Shown here: positions 37,712 through 48,230 of the stretch, piece after piece
Layout of the letters: every line of letters starts with the position of its first letter
How positions within the stretch are numbered: the first letter of the stretch is position 1
DNA from: Candidatus Latescibacterota bacterium
GTDB lineage: Bacteria; Latescibacterota; UBA2968
Length of the DNA: 64,000 bases
Assembly: GCA_965207885.1 (NCBI GenBank)
Contig: OZ242311.1
Coordinates: forward strand, 448,001-512,000
Direction of reading: 5' to 3'
Position numbers and translations under genes: made by a program
The notes under the pieces: model-generated
Databases searched by the model: none
Seen by the model: only the letters and a program-made list of their open reading frames with translations
Told to the model about the DNA's origin: nothing

Positions 37712-40063
37712 TCACTCATCTCTCAACGAATCAGCCGGGTTTGCGCGGGCTGCTTTGAGGGTTTGGGCGGTGACGGTTGTGAGTACGACGAGGAACATGG
37801 CTACGCTGCCGAGTAAGAATGTGCCAATACCCAATTCGGTGCGATAGGCGAAGGTTTGTAACCATTGATTGGTCGCGTAATAGGCGATTGGAAAGGCGAT
37901 GAGGCTTGATAGGGCGATGTAGAGGACAAATTCCCGCGAGAACAGGGATAAGATTTGCGTCTGAGATGCGCCCAGGACTTTGCGAATGCCAATTTCTTTG
38001 GTGCGTCTTGTTGTGGCGAGAGCCGCCAGTCCGAATGCGCCGAGTGCAGCGATGAAGATGGCGAATCCGGTGGCGTATTGGATCATGAGATTCCAGCGTT
38101 CTTCTTTTTTGTATTGTTTGTCGAGGTCTTCATCGATGAATGAGAAGTTGAATGCGTGGTTGGGTGCGATTTTTTTCCACTGTTCTTTTATAAATGCGAT
38201 GGTGCCGGGCACATTTTCGGGATGGATGCGGACCAATAAGCGTCCGGTGTATGTGCTGAGTGGCAGAACAGCGGGTCTGATTTTATGATGCAGAGAGCGG
38301 AAGTGGAAATTTTGAACAACGCCGATGATGGTTCTTTCTTTTAAGCCGCCGTATGTGATTGTTTTGCCAACCGGGTCTTCTATGTCGAATTTTTCGACGA
38401 GTGCTTCGTTTACAATGACAGCTTCCTTTTGATCTGTTGGAAAGTCTCTGTTGTATTCTCGACCTGCAGCGAGTTTTATGTCGAGTGTTTTGAACAAGTC
38501 GTAGTCAATACTAATACCTTCAACGGGTTGTTCTGGACTTCCCTGATATGTTACATAGGTTGACATACTCATGTCGTTGTTTAGACGGTGGTTGATCCAG
38601 GTCGTGCTGATCACGGCATGGTGAGACAGCAGGGCATCTCGAAAAGCCGTTTCTGTGGTTTTGTTTTCTTTTTTTAGATCACTGGTCCAGATGGCGATAA
38701 CGTGTTCGGTTTGATATCCCAGTGGTTGGGTCCGCAAGTATGTGAGTTGTTTGCCCATCATCAGGGTGGTGATGATGAAGAATATGGATAGGGCGAACTG
38801 AAAAATGATTAATATGTTGCCGAACCGATTGCCCGTTTTGATTTGCAATCTGCTCGTTATGATCTGGGTCGGCTGCAATCGGGATAGGATAAGGGCAGGA
38901 TAACCTCCTGCTGTGATGCCGACGAGGCTGATTAGGAGGATGAGAAAGGCGAGTGTTGTAGGGTTGAGACCGTCGGTCAAGGATAGGGATTTCCCAGATA
39001 GGTTATTGAATGTTGGCAATGAGAGTTCTGCGACGGCAATGCCAGCGATGAGTGCGATGACGATAAGTAACAGAGATTCCCCGATAAATTGGTTTGCGAT
39101 TTGTGAGCGTTTTGCGCCAACGACTTTTCTCAAGCCGACTTCTCTCGCCCGCGTTGCTTGTCGTCCGAGGGTCAGGGTTGTGAAGTTGACGCAGGCGATA
39201 AATAATACGAGGATTGCGATGCCCGATAAGATGTATGAGTAAATTGGATTACTGCGGCGGCTTACATGCATGGTCTGATCGAAGTGCATCTGGGTGAGTG
39301 ATTGAAGTTTGATCAAGTTTTCGCTCTTTTCGTCCCACCAGTTTTTGGTCCATTGAGGAAATTGTTGTTCGAGACTATTGGGGTGTACATTTGGGGGGAG
39401 CATCATGAAAGTAAAGATGCTGTAGGAGTTCCATCTGTCTTCGGTCTTGCTTTGTTCAAAGGGTAGTAGTACGTCAAATTGAATTGTGGAGTTTTTGGGC
39501 GCGTTTTGCACAATGCCCGTGATGGTGTAATCCTGGATTTCATTTTTGTATTCAATGGGAAGCACTGCTCCGATCGGGTTGGTGTTGTTGAAATACTTCT
39601 GCGCGGTTTTTTCTGTTATGAGTGCGGAGTATTTGTCTTGAAGGGTATGGGATAGATCGCCTCGAAGGATTGGAAAAGAAAAGATGTCGAGGAAGTTGGG
39701 ATCAACAAATCCCAACTTTGCCCGAAAAGCGCGATTTTCTGTGCCAATTTTCCCCGTGCGAGATGTAAAACGAATCGTTTGCAGGTCGGGGAATGCTTCT
39801 CTCAGGGCGGGTCCGAGAGGGCCGGGTGTTACACCGTGAACGCGCTCGTTTCTCCCTTTTATATAAACCCGATAGATGCGATCGGCGTTTTCGTGAAAGG
39901 TGTCGTAGGTCCATTCGTTTTGAACGAAGAGAAAGGTGAGGATGCAAAAGGCGAGGCCGATGGCAATGCCGATGATGTTGATGGCAGAGTAGATGCGGTG
40001 CCTGGCGAGGTTGCGGATTGCTGTTTTCAGGTAGCTACTAAATAAAGATATTTCAGCGAACAT
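37712..40063 (-). CDS. MacB/FtsX-like duplicated ABC permease (type B)
   Basis: IACVNF, REVGLRKVVGA, KEIGIRKVLGA and NPADSLRDE. Confidence 0.93.
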   Translation of the reverse strand: MFAEISLFSSYLKTAIRNLARHRIYSAINIIGIAIGLAFCILTFLFVQNEWTYDTFHENADRIYRVYIKGRNERVHGVTPGPLGPALREAFPDLQTIRFTSRTGKIGTENRAFRAKLGFVDPNFLDIFSFPILRGDLSHTLQDKYSALITEKTAQKYFNNTNPIGAVLPIEYKNEIQDYTITGIVQNAPKNSTIQFDVLLPFEQSKTEDRWNSYSIFTFMMLPPNVHPNSLEQQFPQWTKNWWDEKSENLIKLQSLTQMHFDQTMHVSRRSNPIYSYILSGIAILVLFIACVNFTTLTLGRQATRAREVGLRKVVGAKRSQIANQFIGESLLLIVIALIAGIAVAELSLPTFNNLSGKSLSLTDGLNPTTLAFLILLISLVGITAGGYPALILSRLQPTQIITSRLQIKTGNRFGNILIIFQFALSIFFIITTLMMGKQLTYLRTQPLGYQTEHVIAIWTSDLKKENKTTETAFRDALLSHHAVISTTWINHRLNNDMSMSTYVTYQGSPEQPVEGISIDYDLFKTLDIKLAAGREYNRDFPTDQKEAVIVNEALVEKFDIEDPVGKTITYGGLKERTIIGVVQNFHFRSLHHKIRPAVLPLSTYTGRLLVRIHPENVPGTIAFIKEQWKKIAPNHAFNFSFIDEDLDKQYKKEERWNLMIQYATGFAIFIAALGAFGLAALATTRRTKEIGIRKVLGASQTQILSLFSREFVLYIALSSLIAFPIAYYATNQWLQTFAYRTELGIGTFLLGSVAMFLVVLTTVTAQTLKAARANPADSLRDE

Positions 40064-40092
40064 TAGTTACTCCTTTACGGGATGGGAATTGA

Positions 40093-42480
40093 TTACTCAT
40101 ATCTCAGGGCATCCACGGGATTGGTGCGAGCAACTTTCCACGCCTGATAACTCACTGTGGTCAAGGCAATGAACAACGCCAGAAAACCACTCAATACAAA
40201 TGCCCATATCTCCAGATCAATGCGATAGGCAAAATCCTGTAGCCACCTGTGCATCGCGTAATAGGCAATTGGCCAGGCGATGAGATTGGCAATGCCGACG
40301 AGCAGGGCGAACTCTTTCGACAACATGAGCACGAGATTAGAAACCGATGCGCCCAGGACTTTGCGGATGCCGATTTCTTTGATGCGTAGTTGTGCTGTGA
40401 AGGAGGCGAGTCCGAACAGTCCGAGGCTGGCGACGAATATGGCGAGGATGGAGAAGAGGCCAAAGAGTGTGCCTATTTGTTTTTCTGTGCGATAGAGTTT
40501 GTCGTAATCGTCGTCGAGAAAGAAATAGTCGAATGGCTTATTCGGTGCGATTTCCTTCCATTGTGCCTTTAGAAAACTGAGTGTGCCTGTAATATCATCG
40601 GAACGAATGCGAATAGAAAAATACTCAAACCAATCTCCCGTCATGATAATTAACGGTTCAATTTCATGATGCAGAGACTTGTAGTGAAAGTCCTTCACTA
40701 TCCCCACCACATCTCCTTGAGCCACCACTTTTAATTTATCCCCTTCTGGAAAAATCAGTTCAAGCTTTTGATTAGCGTGGGAAGTCCATCCCAATTTTCG
40801 CATGGCAGATTCATTGAGGATAAATGTTCCATATTTATCACTCGAAATATCTTTTGAAAAGTCTCTGCCCTCTATAAGATCAAGGCCGTAAGTCGAAATA
40901 AACCCGTGATCAACCTGGAGATGGTTTATCATTAAACCGTCAGAATACGTGCTACCAGAAGAAGGACGAAACAGATTAGAAGGGAGCTTCCGCCCCGGCA
41001 CAGACACAGACAGCGAGGTATTCAGCACATTTCCATAAGTTGACAAAATTGACCTGTATCTCTCTGTCAATTGTTTACCAGGATTAGGCATCACAATGAC
41101 ATGCTCTTTATTGAAGCCCAGTTTTTTGTTTTTGATATAATCCGATTGATGGTAAATGACAACCGTTCCGATAATGAGGACAATTGAGATGACAAACTGA
41201 AATACGACAAGCGTTTTGCGGGAACTGGAGGTTTTCAACCCCCGCTTCAGTGTGCTTTTTAAGACCACTACTGGCTGAAAAGCCGAGAGGAATAAGGCGG
41301 GATAAATCCCAGAGAGTAGCCCTGCAAATAACGCAACACTGAGCAGGGCTAATACGACCTGCCAATTGCCTGTGTAATCCAATACCAATTCGCGCTGAAT
41401 AAAGGCGTTGAACTCAGGTAGTGAGAGTTCAATGAGAACAACGGCCAAAAATAGTGCCACCAAAGCCAGCCATATCGATTCGCTTATGAACTGACGGATT
41501 AACTGTGTACGGTTGGCACCAACGACTTTTCGCATGCCAACCTCTTTTGACCGGGTCGCTGAGCGAGCGGTGGAGAGGTTCATAAAATTGACACAGGCGA
41601 GTATGAGGACGAAAAGAGCAATGCTCAGGAAGAGATAGACATACCGAATATCGCCGTTGGGACTCATTTCCCACTCCAGGTGGGAATGCAAATGAATATC
41701 AGTCAGGGGTTGTAGAAAGTAATCGATTTTAAAGCCTGTAGCCTTGTACTGTTCACCTGCATGTGTCTCAATAAAGTCGGGCAATTTCGCTTCTAATTCT
41801 CCAGCAGAATCTCTTTGCTGAAGCAACAAATAGGTATAAAACTCGTGATTAAACCAACCTGGTTCCTGGAGTATAGGAGATGCAAGGAAGTCGAATTGGA
41901 AATGAGTATTGTGAGCCGCGTCCTTCAAAACACCTGTCACCTTAAACCATGCTTTTTTATCGAGGGTCAGGGTCTGTCCTATCGGATTTTGTTTGCCAAA
42001 ATATTTTTGAGCCATTGCTTCTGTAATCACAATAGAAAAAGGTTCCAAAAATGCTGTCTCTGGATCTCCCTGGCTGAGTGGAAAATTGAAGACTTCAAAA
42101 ACATTCGCATCGGTGAACAAAACACCATCTTCAAAGAAGACATGACCGTTTTGGCCCTCAACAAGCGTCCTTGGATTGGTTCCCTGGAAAAACCGCACAG
42201 CCTTTATCACTTCGGGATAGTCTTTGACAAGTGCAGGTCCCATCGGAAATGGCGTGATCGCAAATTGACGCATGGCTCCGGCGACTTTCCCCTCTGCGGC
42301 GACCCGATAGATTCGGTGTGCGTGTTCGTGGTGCCGGTCATAGCTCAGTTCGTCTTGCACATAGAGCAGGATGAGGATGCAACAGGCCATGCCGATGGCG
42401 AGACCGAGGATGTTGATCGCAGAGAAGGTTTTGTTTCTGGCGATGTTGCGGACCGCAACTGTCAGATAATTTTTGATCAT
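40093..42480 (-). CDS. MacB/FtsX-like duplicated ABC permease (type A)
   Basis: Close paralog of 32879-35254; same motifs. Confidence 0.93.
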   Translation of the reverse strand: MIKNYLTVAVRNIARNKTFSAINILGLAIGMACCILILLYVQDELSYDRHHEHAHRIYRVAAEGKVAGAMRQFAITPFPMGPALVKDYPEVIKAVRFFQGTNPRTLVEGQNGHVFFEDGVLFTDANVFEVFNFPLSQGDPETAFLEPFSIVITEAMAQKYFGKQNPIGQTLTLDKKAWFKVTGVLKDAAHNTHFQFDFLASPILQEPGWFNHEFYTYLLLQQRDSAGELEAKLPDFIETHAGEQYKATGFKIDYFLQPLTDIHLHSHLEWEMSPNGDIRYVYLFLSIALFVLILACVNFMNLSTARSATRSKEVGMRKVVGANRTQLIRQFISESIWLALVALFLAVVLIELSLPEFNAFIQRELVLDYTGNWQVVLALLSVALFAGLLSGIYPALFLSAFQPVVVLKSTLKRGLKTSSSRKTLVVFQFVISIVLIIGTVVIYHQSDYIKNKKLGFNKEHVIVMPNPGKQLTERYRSILSTYGNVLNTSLSVSVPGRKLPSNLFRPSSGSTYSDGLMINHLQVDHGFISTYGLDLIEGRDFSKDISSDKYGTFILNESAMRKLGWTSHANQKLELIFPEGDKLKVVAQGDVVGIVKDFHYKSLHHEIEPLIIMTGDWFEYFSIRIRSDDITGTLSFLKAQWKEIAPNKPFDYFFLDDDYDKLYRTEKQIGTLFGLFSILAIFVASLGLFGLASFTAQLRIKEIGIRKVLGASVSNLVLMLSKEFALLVGIANLIAWPIAYYAMHRWLQDFAYRIDLEIWAFVLSGFLALFIALTTVSYQAWKVARTNPVDALRYE

Positions 42481-42503
42481 GAGAAGCTCCCTATCGTTGT
42501 TCT

Positions 42504-44828
42504 CTATTCATCTCTTAAAGCGTCTGCCGGATTTGCGCGCGCGGCTTTCAGGGTCTGGGTTGTGACAGTTGTGAGTACGATGAAGAACATGGCTATGCTG
42601 CCGAGTAAGAAGGTGCCAATGCCCAATTCAGTGCGGTAGGCGAAGGTTTGTAACCATTGATTGGTGGCGTAATAGGCGATTGGGAATGCGATGAGGCTTG
42701 ATAGGGCGATGTAGAGGACAAATTCTCGTGAGAGTAGGGATAGGATTTGCGTTTGGGATGCACCCAATACTTTGCGGATGCCGATTTCTTTGGTGCGTCG
42801 TGCGACAGCTAATGCAGCCAGTCCGAAAGCGCCGAGTGCAGCGATGAAGATGGCGAATCCTGTGGCGTATTGGATCATCTGATTCCAGCGTTCTTCTTTT
42901 TTGTATTGTTTGTCCAGATCTTCATCGATAAATGAAAATCTGAATGTCTGATTGGGGGCAACTTCTTCCCATTTTTCTTTCATAAATGCGATGGTACCGG
43001 GCACGTTTTCGGGGTGAATGCGAACCCACAAGGACCAATGACTTGTAGAGAGGGGCAGAATGGCGGGTTCGATTTTGTGATGCAGGGAGCGAAAGTGGAA
43101 ATCGCGGACAACACCGATGATGGTCTTGTCTCGTCCATGTTCGATTGTTTTGCCAACTGGGTCTTCTATACCGAGTTTTTGGACGAGAGCTTCGTTGACA
43201 AGGATTGCTTCTTTGGCATCGGTTGGAAAGTCTCTGTCGTATTCTCGACCTGCAACGAGTTTCATGTCGAGCGTTTTGAACAAATCGTAATCAATCGAGA
43301 TGCGTTCAACGTATTGCGTAGGACTCCCTTCATAAGTTACACCAGACCGGGAGCTCATGTTGTTGTTTAATCTATGACCAAGCCAGGTCGTGCTTATGAC
43401 TGAGGGATGTGATAGCAGGGCATCCCGAAAAACGGTTGGTAAAGTTTTGTTTTCTCTTTGCAGTGCCTGGGTCTGAATGGCGACAACGTGTTCGGTTTGA
43501 TACCCCAGGGGTTTGGTTCGCAAAAATGTGAGTTGTTGGGCCATCATCAGGGTGGTGATGATGAAGAATATGGATAGGGCAAACTGAAAAATGACCAGTA
43601 ATTTACCAAAACGGTTGCCCGTTTTAATTTGCAACCGGCTTGTTATGATTTGGGTTGGCTGCAATCGGGATAGCACAAAGGCGGGGTAACCCCCTGCTGT
43701 GACGCCTACGAGGCTGACCAGCAGAATGAGAAAGGCGAGGGTTATGGGATTCAGTCCGTCGCTCATGGACAGAGATTTTCCGGCGAGGTTGTTAAATGTT
43801 GGCAACGTGATTTCTGCGATGGCAATGCCAGCGATGAGCGCGATGGTGATGAGTAAGAGCGATTCGCCGATAAATTGTTTTGCAATCTGCATGCGCCCTG
43901 CGCCGACGACTTTTCGCAAGCCGACTTCTCGTGCCCGCGTTGCCTGCCGTCCGAGCGTTAAAGTGATGAAGTTGACACAGGCGATAAACAGGACGAGGAT
44001 TGCAATGCCCGATAGAATGTATGAATAAACCGGATTACTGCTATTGCGTACCCCCATGTTTTGAGCAAAATGCATTTGGGTGATAGGTAGGAGTTTGAGT
44101 TCTTTCTCGCCGCCCATCCAAATTTTGGTCAATTTGGGAAATTGCTGTTCGACACTATTTGGGGACACATTCGGAGGGAGCATCATATACGTATCCAGGT
44201 AGGATACATGCCATCGGCTTGGGGCACGCATCATGGGATTTGGTTCAAATGGCAGTAGTATGTCAAATTGAAGTGTGGAGTTTTTGGGCACGTTTTTTAC
44301 AATGCCCGTGATGGTGTAGTTTTGAATTTCTTTCCCGAAGTACTGAATGGGAAGCTGTTCCCCGACGGGGTTGGCGTTGTTGAAATATTTCTGCGCGATT
44401 TTTTCTGTTATGATTACAGAATACTTGTCCTGGAGTGCTTGAGCGGGATCGCCGTGAATGACTGGAAAAGAAAAAATGTCGAGGAAGTTGGGATCGACAA
44501 AACCCAAAGTTGCTCGAAAAGCGCGGTCTTCTGTACCAATTTTTCCCCCGCTACTGCTGAAACGAACGGTCTGCATGTCTGGGAATGCTTCTGCTATTGC
44601 AGGTCCGAGGGGTTCTGGTGTCGTACCAGAAACCCGATAGATGCGGTCGGCGTTTTCGTGAAAGGTGTCATAGGTCCATTCGTTTTGGACAAAGAGGTAG
44701 GTGAGGATGCAGAATGCGAGGCCGATGGCAATGCCGATGATGTTGATGGCCGAGTAGATGCGGTGCCTGGCGAGGTTGCGGAGCGCTGTTTTCAGATAGC
44801 TGCTGAGCAGAGATATTTCACCTAACAT
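42504..44828 (-). CDS. MacB/FtsX-like duplicated ABC permease (type B)
   Basis: Close paralog of 37712-40063; start at MLGEISLL (ATG 44828) after AAGGAG. Confidence 0.93.
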   Translation of the reverse strand: MLGEISLLSSYLKTALRNLARHRIYSAINIIGIAIGLAFCILTYLFVQNEWTYDTFHENADRIYRVSGTTPEPLGPAIAEAFPDMQTVRFSSSGGKIGTEDRAFRATLGFVDPNFLDIFSFPVIHGDPAQALQDKYSVIITEKIAQKYFNNANPVGEQLPIQYFGKEIQNYTITGIVKNVPKNSTLQFDILLPFEPNPMMRAPSRWHVSYLDTYMMLPPNVSPNSVEQQFPKLTKIWMGGEKELKLLPITQMHFAQNMGVRNSSNPVYSYILSGIAILVLFIACVNFITLTLGRQATRAREVGLRKVVGAGRMQIAKQFIGESLLLITIALIAGIAIAEITLPTFNNLAGKSLSMSDGLNPITLAFLILLVSLVGVTAGGYPAFVLSRLQPTQIITSRLQIKTGNRFGKLLVIFQFALSIFFIITTLMMAQQLTFLRTKPLGYQTEHVVAIQTQALQRENKTLPTVFRDALLSHPSVISTTWLGHRLNNNMSSRSGVTYEGSPTQYVERISIDYDLFKTLDMKLVAGREYDRDFPTDAKEAILVNEALVQKLGIEDPVGKTIEHGRDKTIIGVVRDFHFRSLHHKIEPAILPLSTSHWSLWVRIHPENVPGTIAFMKEKWEEVAPNQTFRFSFIDEDLDKQYKKEERWNQMIQYATGFAIFIAALGAFGLAALAVARRTKEIGIRKVLGASQTQILSLLSREFVLYIALSSLIAFPIAYYATNQWLQTFAYRTELGIGTFLLGSIAMFFIVLTTVTTQTLKAARANPADALRDE

Positions 44829-44857
44829 GGGTTTCTCCTTTGCAGGATGGGAACTGA

Positions 44858-47287
44858 TCACTCATATCTCAAGGCGTCAATCGGATTGGAGCGCGCTGCG
44901 CGAATGGCTTGCATGCTCACAGTGCCAAAGGCGATGATCAGGGCCATTATCGCGCTTGCAACAAATGGCAAGACATTCAGATCTGTCTGATAGGCGAAAC
45001 CGGAGAGCCAGTCGCGCATCAGGTAGTAGGCGATTGGCCAGGCGATGAGATTGGCAAGCAGAATGAGCAACATGAATTCGCGCGAGAGTAGCATGACCAG
45101 ATGCAATGTGGATGCGCCCAGTACTTTTCGCACACCAATTTCTTTGGTGCGAGATTGAACCATGAATGCGGCCAGTCCGAACAGTCCCAAACAGGCTACA
45201 AAAATTGCCAGTAGTGAAAATACTCCGAGCAGTTTGCCAGTGAGTTGTTCGTTGAAATAGATCCAATCTATGATTTCGTCCAAAAAGTGATATTCGAAAG
45301 GCGCATCTGGTACAAAGCGTTTCCACTGCGTTTCGAGGAAGGATAGGGTTTGCGCGGTGTTTTCTGGTCGGATGCGTAAAGCCAGAGAATAAAACATCTT
45401 CCAGCGGGCCAAAAATCCCATGGGGGCGATTTCTTCTCGTAGTGTCAAATTGTGGTAATCTTTTACGACCCCAATTACTGTCAAGGATAGGTTGTCATAC
45501 GCTGGTAACACAATCTGTCTGCCAATCGGGTCTTCCTCCCAGCCGAGCAAGCGCACGGCTGTTTCGTTCAAGATAATTGCCTGAGAGGTATCGCTGGCAA
45601 CATCGGCTGAAAAGGCGCGACCGCGAAGTACGGGGATTTCAAATGTTTCAAAGAACGAATCGTCAACTTCGTTTATGCGAAATGTCCGTTCTTTTGTGGG
45701 GTCTCCATCGGGCCAGGCCAATCGCAGTCGTCCGCTGTATCCCGTGATTTCGTATCGCAGTGCCGATGCGCTGAGGATATTGGGGTGTTCGAGAAAGACC
45801 TGTTTGACCATCTGATGGCGTGCTGAAAGGCGTTTTTGTGGGTTTGGCTCTCCGGAAAAGTCAGGGACAAAAATGGGTAAACTCACAATGTGATCGCGCG
45901 CAAAGCCCATGTCTTTGGTTTCTATAAATCGCAGTTGCTGATAAACGATCAGGGTGCAGATTACCAGCAAAATGGACATGCCGAACTGAAAAACTACGAG
46001 TCCTTTCTTCAGTCCTGTAGAACCCGATGAGGAAGACGCGCTGCTTTTTAACGCGGTCACCGGTTGAAAAGAAGAGAGGAAAAACGCCGGATACCATCCC
46101 GCCAGCAGTCCGACCAACAATGTGAGTGCCAGTACTGCTGGCGCACCTGCCATCACTGTAGCCGCGTTGAGGTGTAAATCGCCGCGTACAAATTGGTTGA
46201 ATAAGGGCAGGAATAACTCGACCAGTGCCAGGGCAATCAGCAGGGCGGCGGAGGTTAAAAGCAGGGATTCGCTCAAAAACTGGACCATCAGTTGCGGGCG
46301 ATGCGCGCCGACCACTTTCCGCACGCCGACTTCGCGCTTGCGGGTGACAGCCCGTGCAGTTGCCAGATTTGTAAAATTCACGCAGGCAATGACGACGAGG
46401 ATTAGTCCAATAGCTGCCAGCATGTAAATTTTTTCAATAGGGCTATTTGCAGTTGGGTTAAAATCGGATTCGCCATACAGGTACACCCGGTGCAGAGGCT
46501 GCAAATAGTAGGTGTTTTTTGCTGCGACGTCATCCCCCATATACTGTACGATCAAAGGCTGCATTTTTGTTTGTAGGGTTTCTGCGTTTTGTCCTGCTTT
46601 TAATAGCACAAAGGTTTTTACCGGACGCCACGATTGTGTGGGTCGCCACAATGTCCATACCTCTTGCGTTTCTGCTACGGAGGGTATTGTGGTTGAGAGG
46701 ATTTGAAAATAAAGATTGGATGAGAGATGTGGCGCTTTTACGATGCCCGTTACTGTGTATTCGCCCGGAAAACTGCGACTGTCGATTGAAACGGTTTTGC
46801 CCATTGGATCAGTATCGCCAAACAAGTGTTGCGCCATGTCGTCGGTAATGACCACAGAGTAGGGTGTGCGAAACGCGGTCTTTGGATCGCCTTTTATGAG
46901 GGGAAAATCAAATACGTCCAAAAAGATGTCATCTACCAGCGCAAGGAGATATCGATCCTTGCGCTCGCCGTATTGTACAGATACAGTCCATCGCCAGATA
47001 CGCACAGTTGTTTCTATTTCGGGAAATGTTTCTTCCAATACAGGACCGAGTGCGCCTGATGTCCCTTCTGTGTATGAGGTTTGCGTACTGCCGCGTTGTT
47101 CCCGAATCACTTTGTAAATGCGGTCGCCCAGGGTGTGAGTGCGATCTATTGCAAACTCTTGCTGGATGTATAACACGATCAAGATGCCACACGCCAGGCC
47201 GATGGCGAGTCCCAGTACATTGATGGAGGTGTACAATTTGTGCCGCATCAAATTGCGAATCGCAACGGTTAGATAATTTTTGATCAT
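44858..47287 (-). CDS. MacB/FtsX-like duplicated ABC permease, first gene of sub-operon
   Basis: MIKNYLTVAIRNL, REVGVRKVVGA and NPIDALRYE; GGAG RBS before ATG 47287. Confidence 0.93.
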   Translation of the reverse strand: MIKNYLTVAIRNLMRHKLYTSINVLGLAIGLACGILIVLYIQQEFAIDRTHTLGDRIYKVIREQRGSTQTSYTEGTSGALGPVLEETFPEIETTVRIWRWTVSVQYGERKDRYLLALVDDIFLDVFDFPLIKGDPKTAFRTPYSVVITDDMAQHLFGDTDPMGKTVSIDSRSFPGEYTVTGIVKAPHLSSNLYFQILSTTIPSVAETQEVWTLWRPTQSWRPVKTFVLLKAGQNAETLQTKMQPLIVQYMGDDVAAKNTYYLQPLHRVYLYGESDFNPTANSPIEKIYMLAAIGLILVVIACVNFTNLATARAVTRKREVGVRKVVGAHRPQLMVQFLSESLLLTSAALLIALALVELFLPLFNQFVRGDLHLNAATVMAGAPAVLALTLLVGLLAGWYPAFFLSSFQPVTALKSSASSSSGSTGLKKGLVVFQFGMSILLVICTLIVYQQLRFIETKDMGFARDHIVSLPIFVPDFSGEPNPQKRLSARHQMVKQVFLEHPNILSASALRYEITGYSGRLRLAWPDGDPTKERTFRINEVDDSFFETFEIPVLRGRAFSADVASDTSQAIILNETAVRLLGWEEDPIGRQIVLPAYDNLSLTVIGVVKDYHNLTLREEIAPMGFLARWKMFYSLALRIRPENTAQTLSFLETQWKRFVPDAPFEYHFLDEIIDWIYFNEQLTGKLLGVFSLLAIFVACLGLFGLAAFMVQSRTKEIGVRKVLGASTLHLVMLLSREFMLLILLANLIAWPIAYYLMRDWLSGFAYQTDLNVLPFVASAIMALIIAFGTVSMQAIRAARSNPIDALRYE

Positions 47288-47359
47288 GGTCTTATCTCCT
47301 GTTCCGTCCCAGCAGTCAGCCATTCATCATTCAGGTAGCGTGAACGTATCAAAATAACA

Positions 47360-47375
47360 AGCAATTTTTGTGCCA
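47360..47375 (-). promoter_or_regulatory. Sigma54 -24/-12 promoter of the permease sub-operon
   Basis: Minus strand TGGCACAAAAATTGCT. Confidence 0.85.
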
Positions 47376-47437
47376 AAAGTCTCTTTTCTATGTTTTTCAA
47401 TTAGTTATGAAAATTTGTGCTCTGAACGCCGTTCAAT

Positions 47438-47480
47438 AAGTGTCCGATTTTGATACAGTGGTGTCCGAAAATGAACACTT
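47438..47480. promoter_or_regulatory. Putative upstream activator sequence (tandem TGT-N11-ACA and TGT-N10-ACA)
   Basis: aagtgtccgattttgatacagtggtgtccgaaaatgaacactt; 42/43 identical to 55327-55369. Confidence 0.8.
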
Positions 47481-47582
47481 AAAAACAAAAAACAGGCACA
47501 TTGTTTTTATTTTTATGTGCCTGCTGTATTATGCGTAGAACTATTATTTATTACATCACCCAGCATCAACCTCCGTGCAGTT

Positions 47583-47849
47583 TTACAGTTTGCCTTTCAT
47601 ATTTCGATCAAAGAATACGCTCACCACCCTCCAGGGCGTAACGGTGGTGTTCACGGCTACGCGCAGCACACGGTTACCCTGTTCCGGGATGATCCGAAAG
47701 AATCGCTCTACCTCAGGGTCCTTCGGGTCGGATATACGCAACATCGGTTCGGCTACCACCCGTTCGATCCACTCTTGAGGGATCATGCGTTCTGTCCTTG
47801 CAAGAACCGCATGTTTGCTAAATTCCAGCTTTATCAATCCGGTTGCCAT
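47583..47849 (-). CDS. DUF4258 domain protein (putative toxin)
   Basis: FSKHA...ER.IPQEWIERVV..P...GNRVLRVAVN...VVSVFFDR; start uncertain. Confidence 0.8.
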   Translation of the reverse strand: MATGLIKLEFSKHAVLARTERMIPQEWIERVVAEPMLRISDPKDPEVERFFRIIPEQGNRVLRVAVNTTVTPWRVVSVFFDRNMKGKL

Positions 47850-47921
47850 ATCGCGCTCATGGCTTTAAGGTACGCGGCGGAATATATCTAAAACAAAAAC
47901 AATAGTTCTTGTAGGGAACGG

Positions 47922-48122
47922 TCAAGCGGTCTCAAATTCCAGGGTGGAGAGCTTCAGATTGGAGGAGCGTTTGGAGAGATAGAGCAGTTCTACGCCCACC
48001 ACTTCGTTTGATGCATTGTAATCGAGCACCACGCCCGGCGAGACCTCTTCTGACTCGACAATAGTAGAGTCGTCAAGGCGCAGATAGAGCGCGTCGGCTT
48101 CCTTATCGATATGTAGTTTCAT
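47922..48122 (-). CDS. DUF2283 domain protein (putative antitoxin)
   Basis: MKLHIDKEADALYLRL...ESEEVSPGVVLDY...VVGVELL; GGAGG RBS. Confidence 0.88.
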   Translation of the reverse strand: MKLHIDKEADALYLRLDDSTIVESEEVSPGVVLDYNASNEVVGVELLYLSKRSSNLKLSTLEFETA

Positions 48123-48230
48123 AATTTGTTGCCTCCATCGTGTACTATTTTTCAGAAGTCCATTTGGGATCAGCATATCCGTATTTACAAATATCTGCAA
48201 TTTAAGCAAAAAAACAAGGGGCTATATGAC

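Noticed and set aside
32879-44828. Diversity-generating retroelement explaining similar-but-variable permease copies
   Set aside because: No reverse transcriptase in the window; differences include indels and all base types over whole domains.
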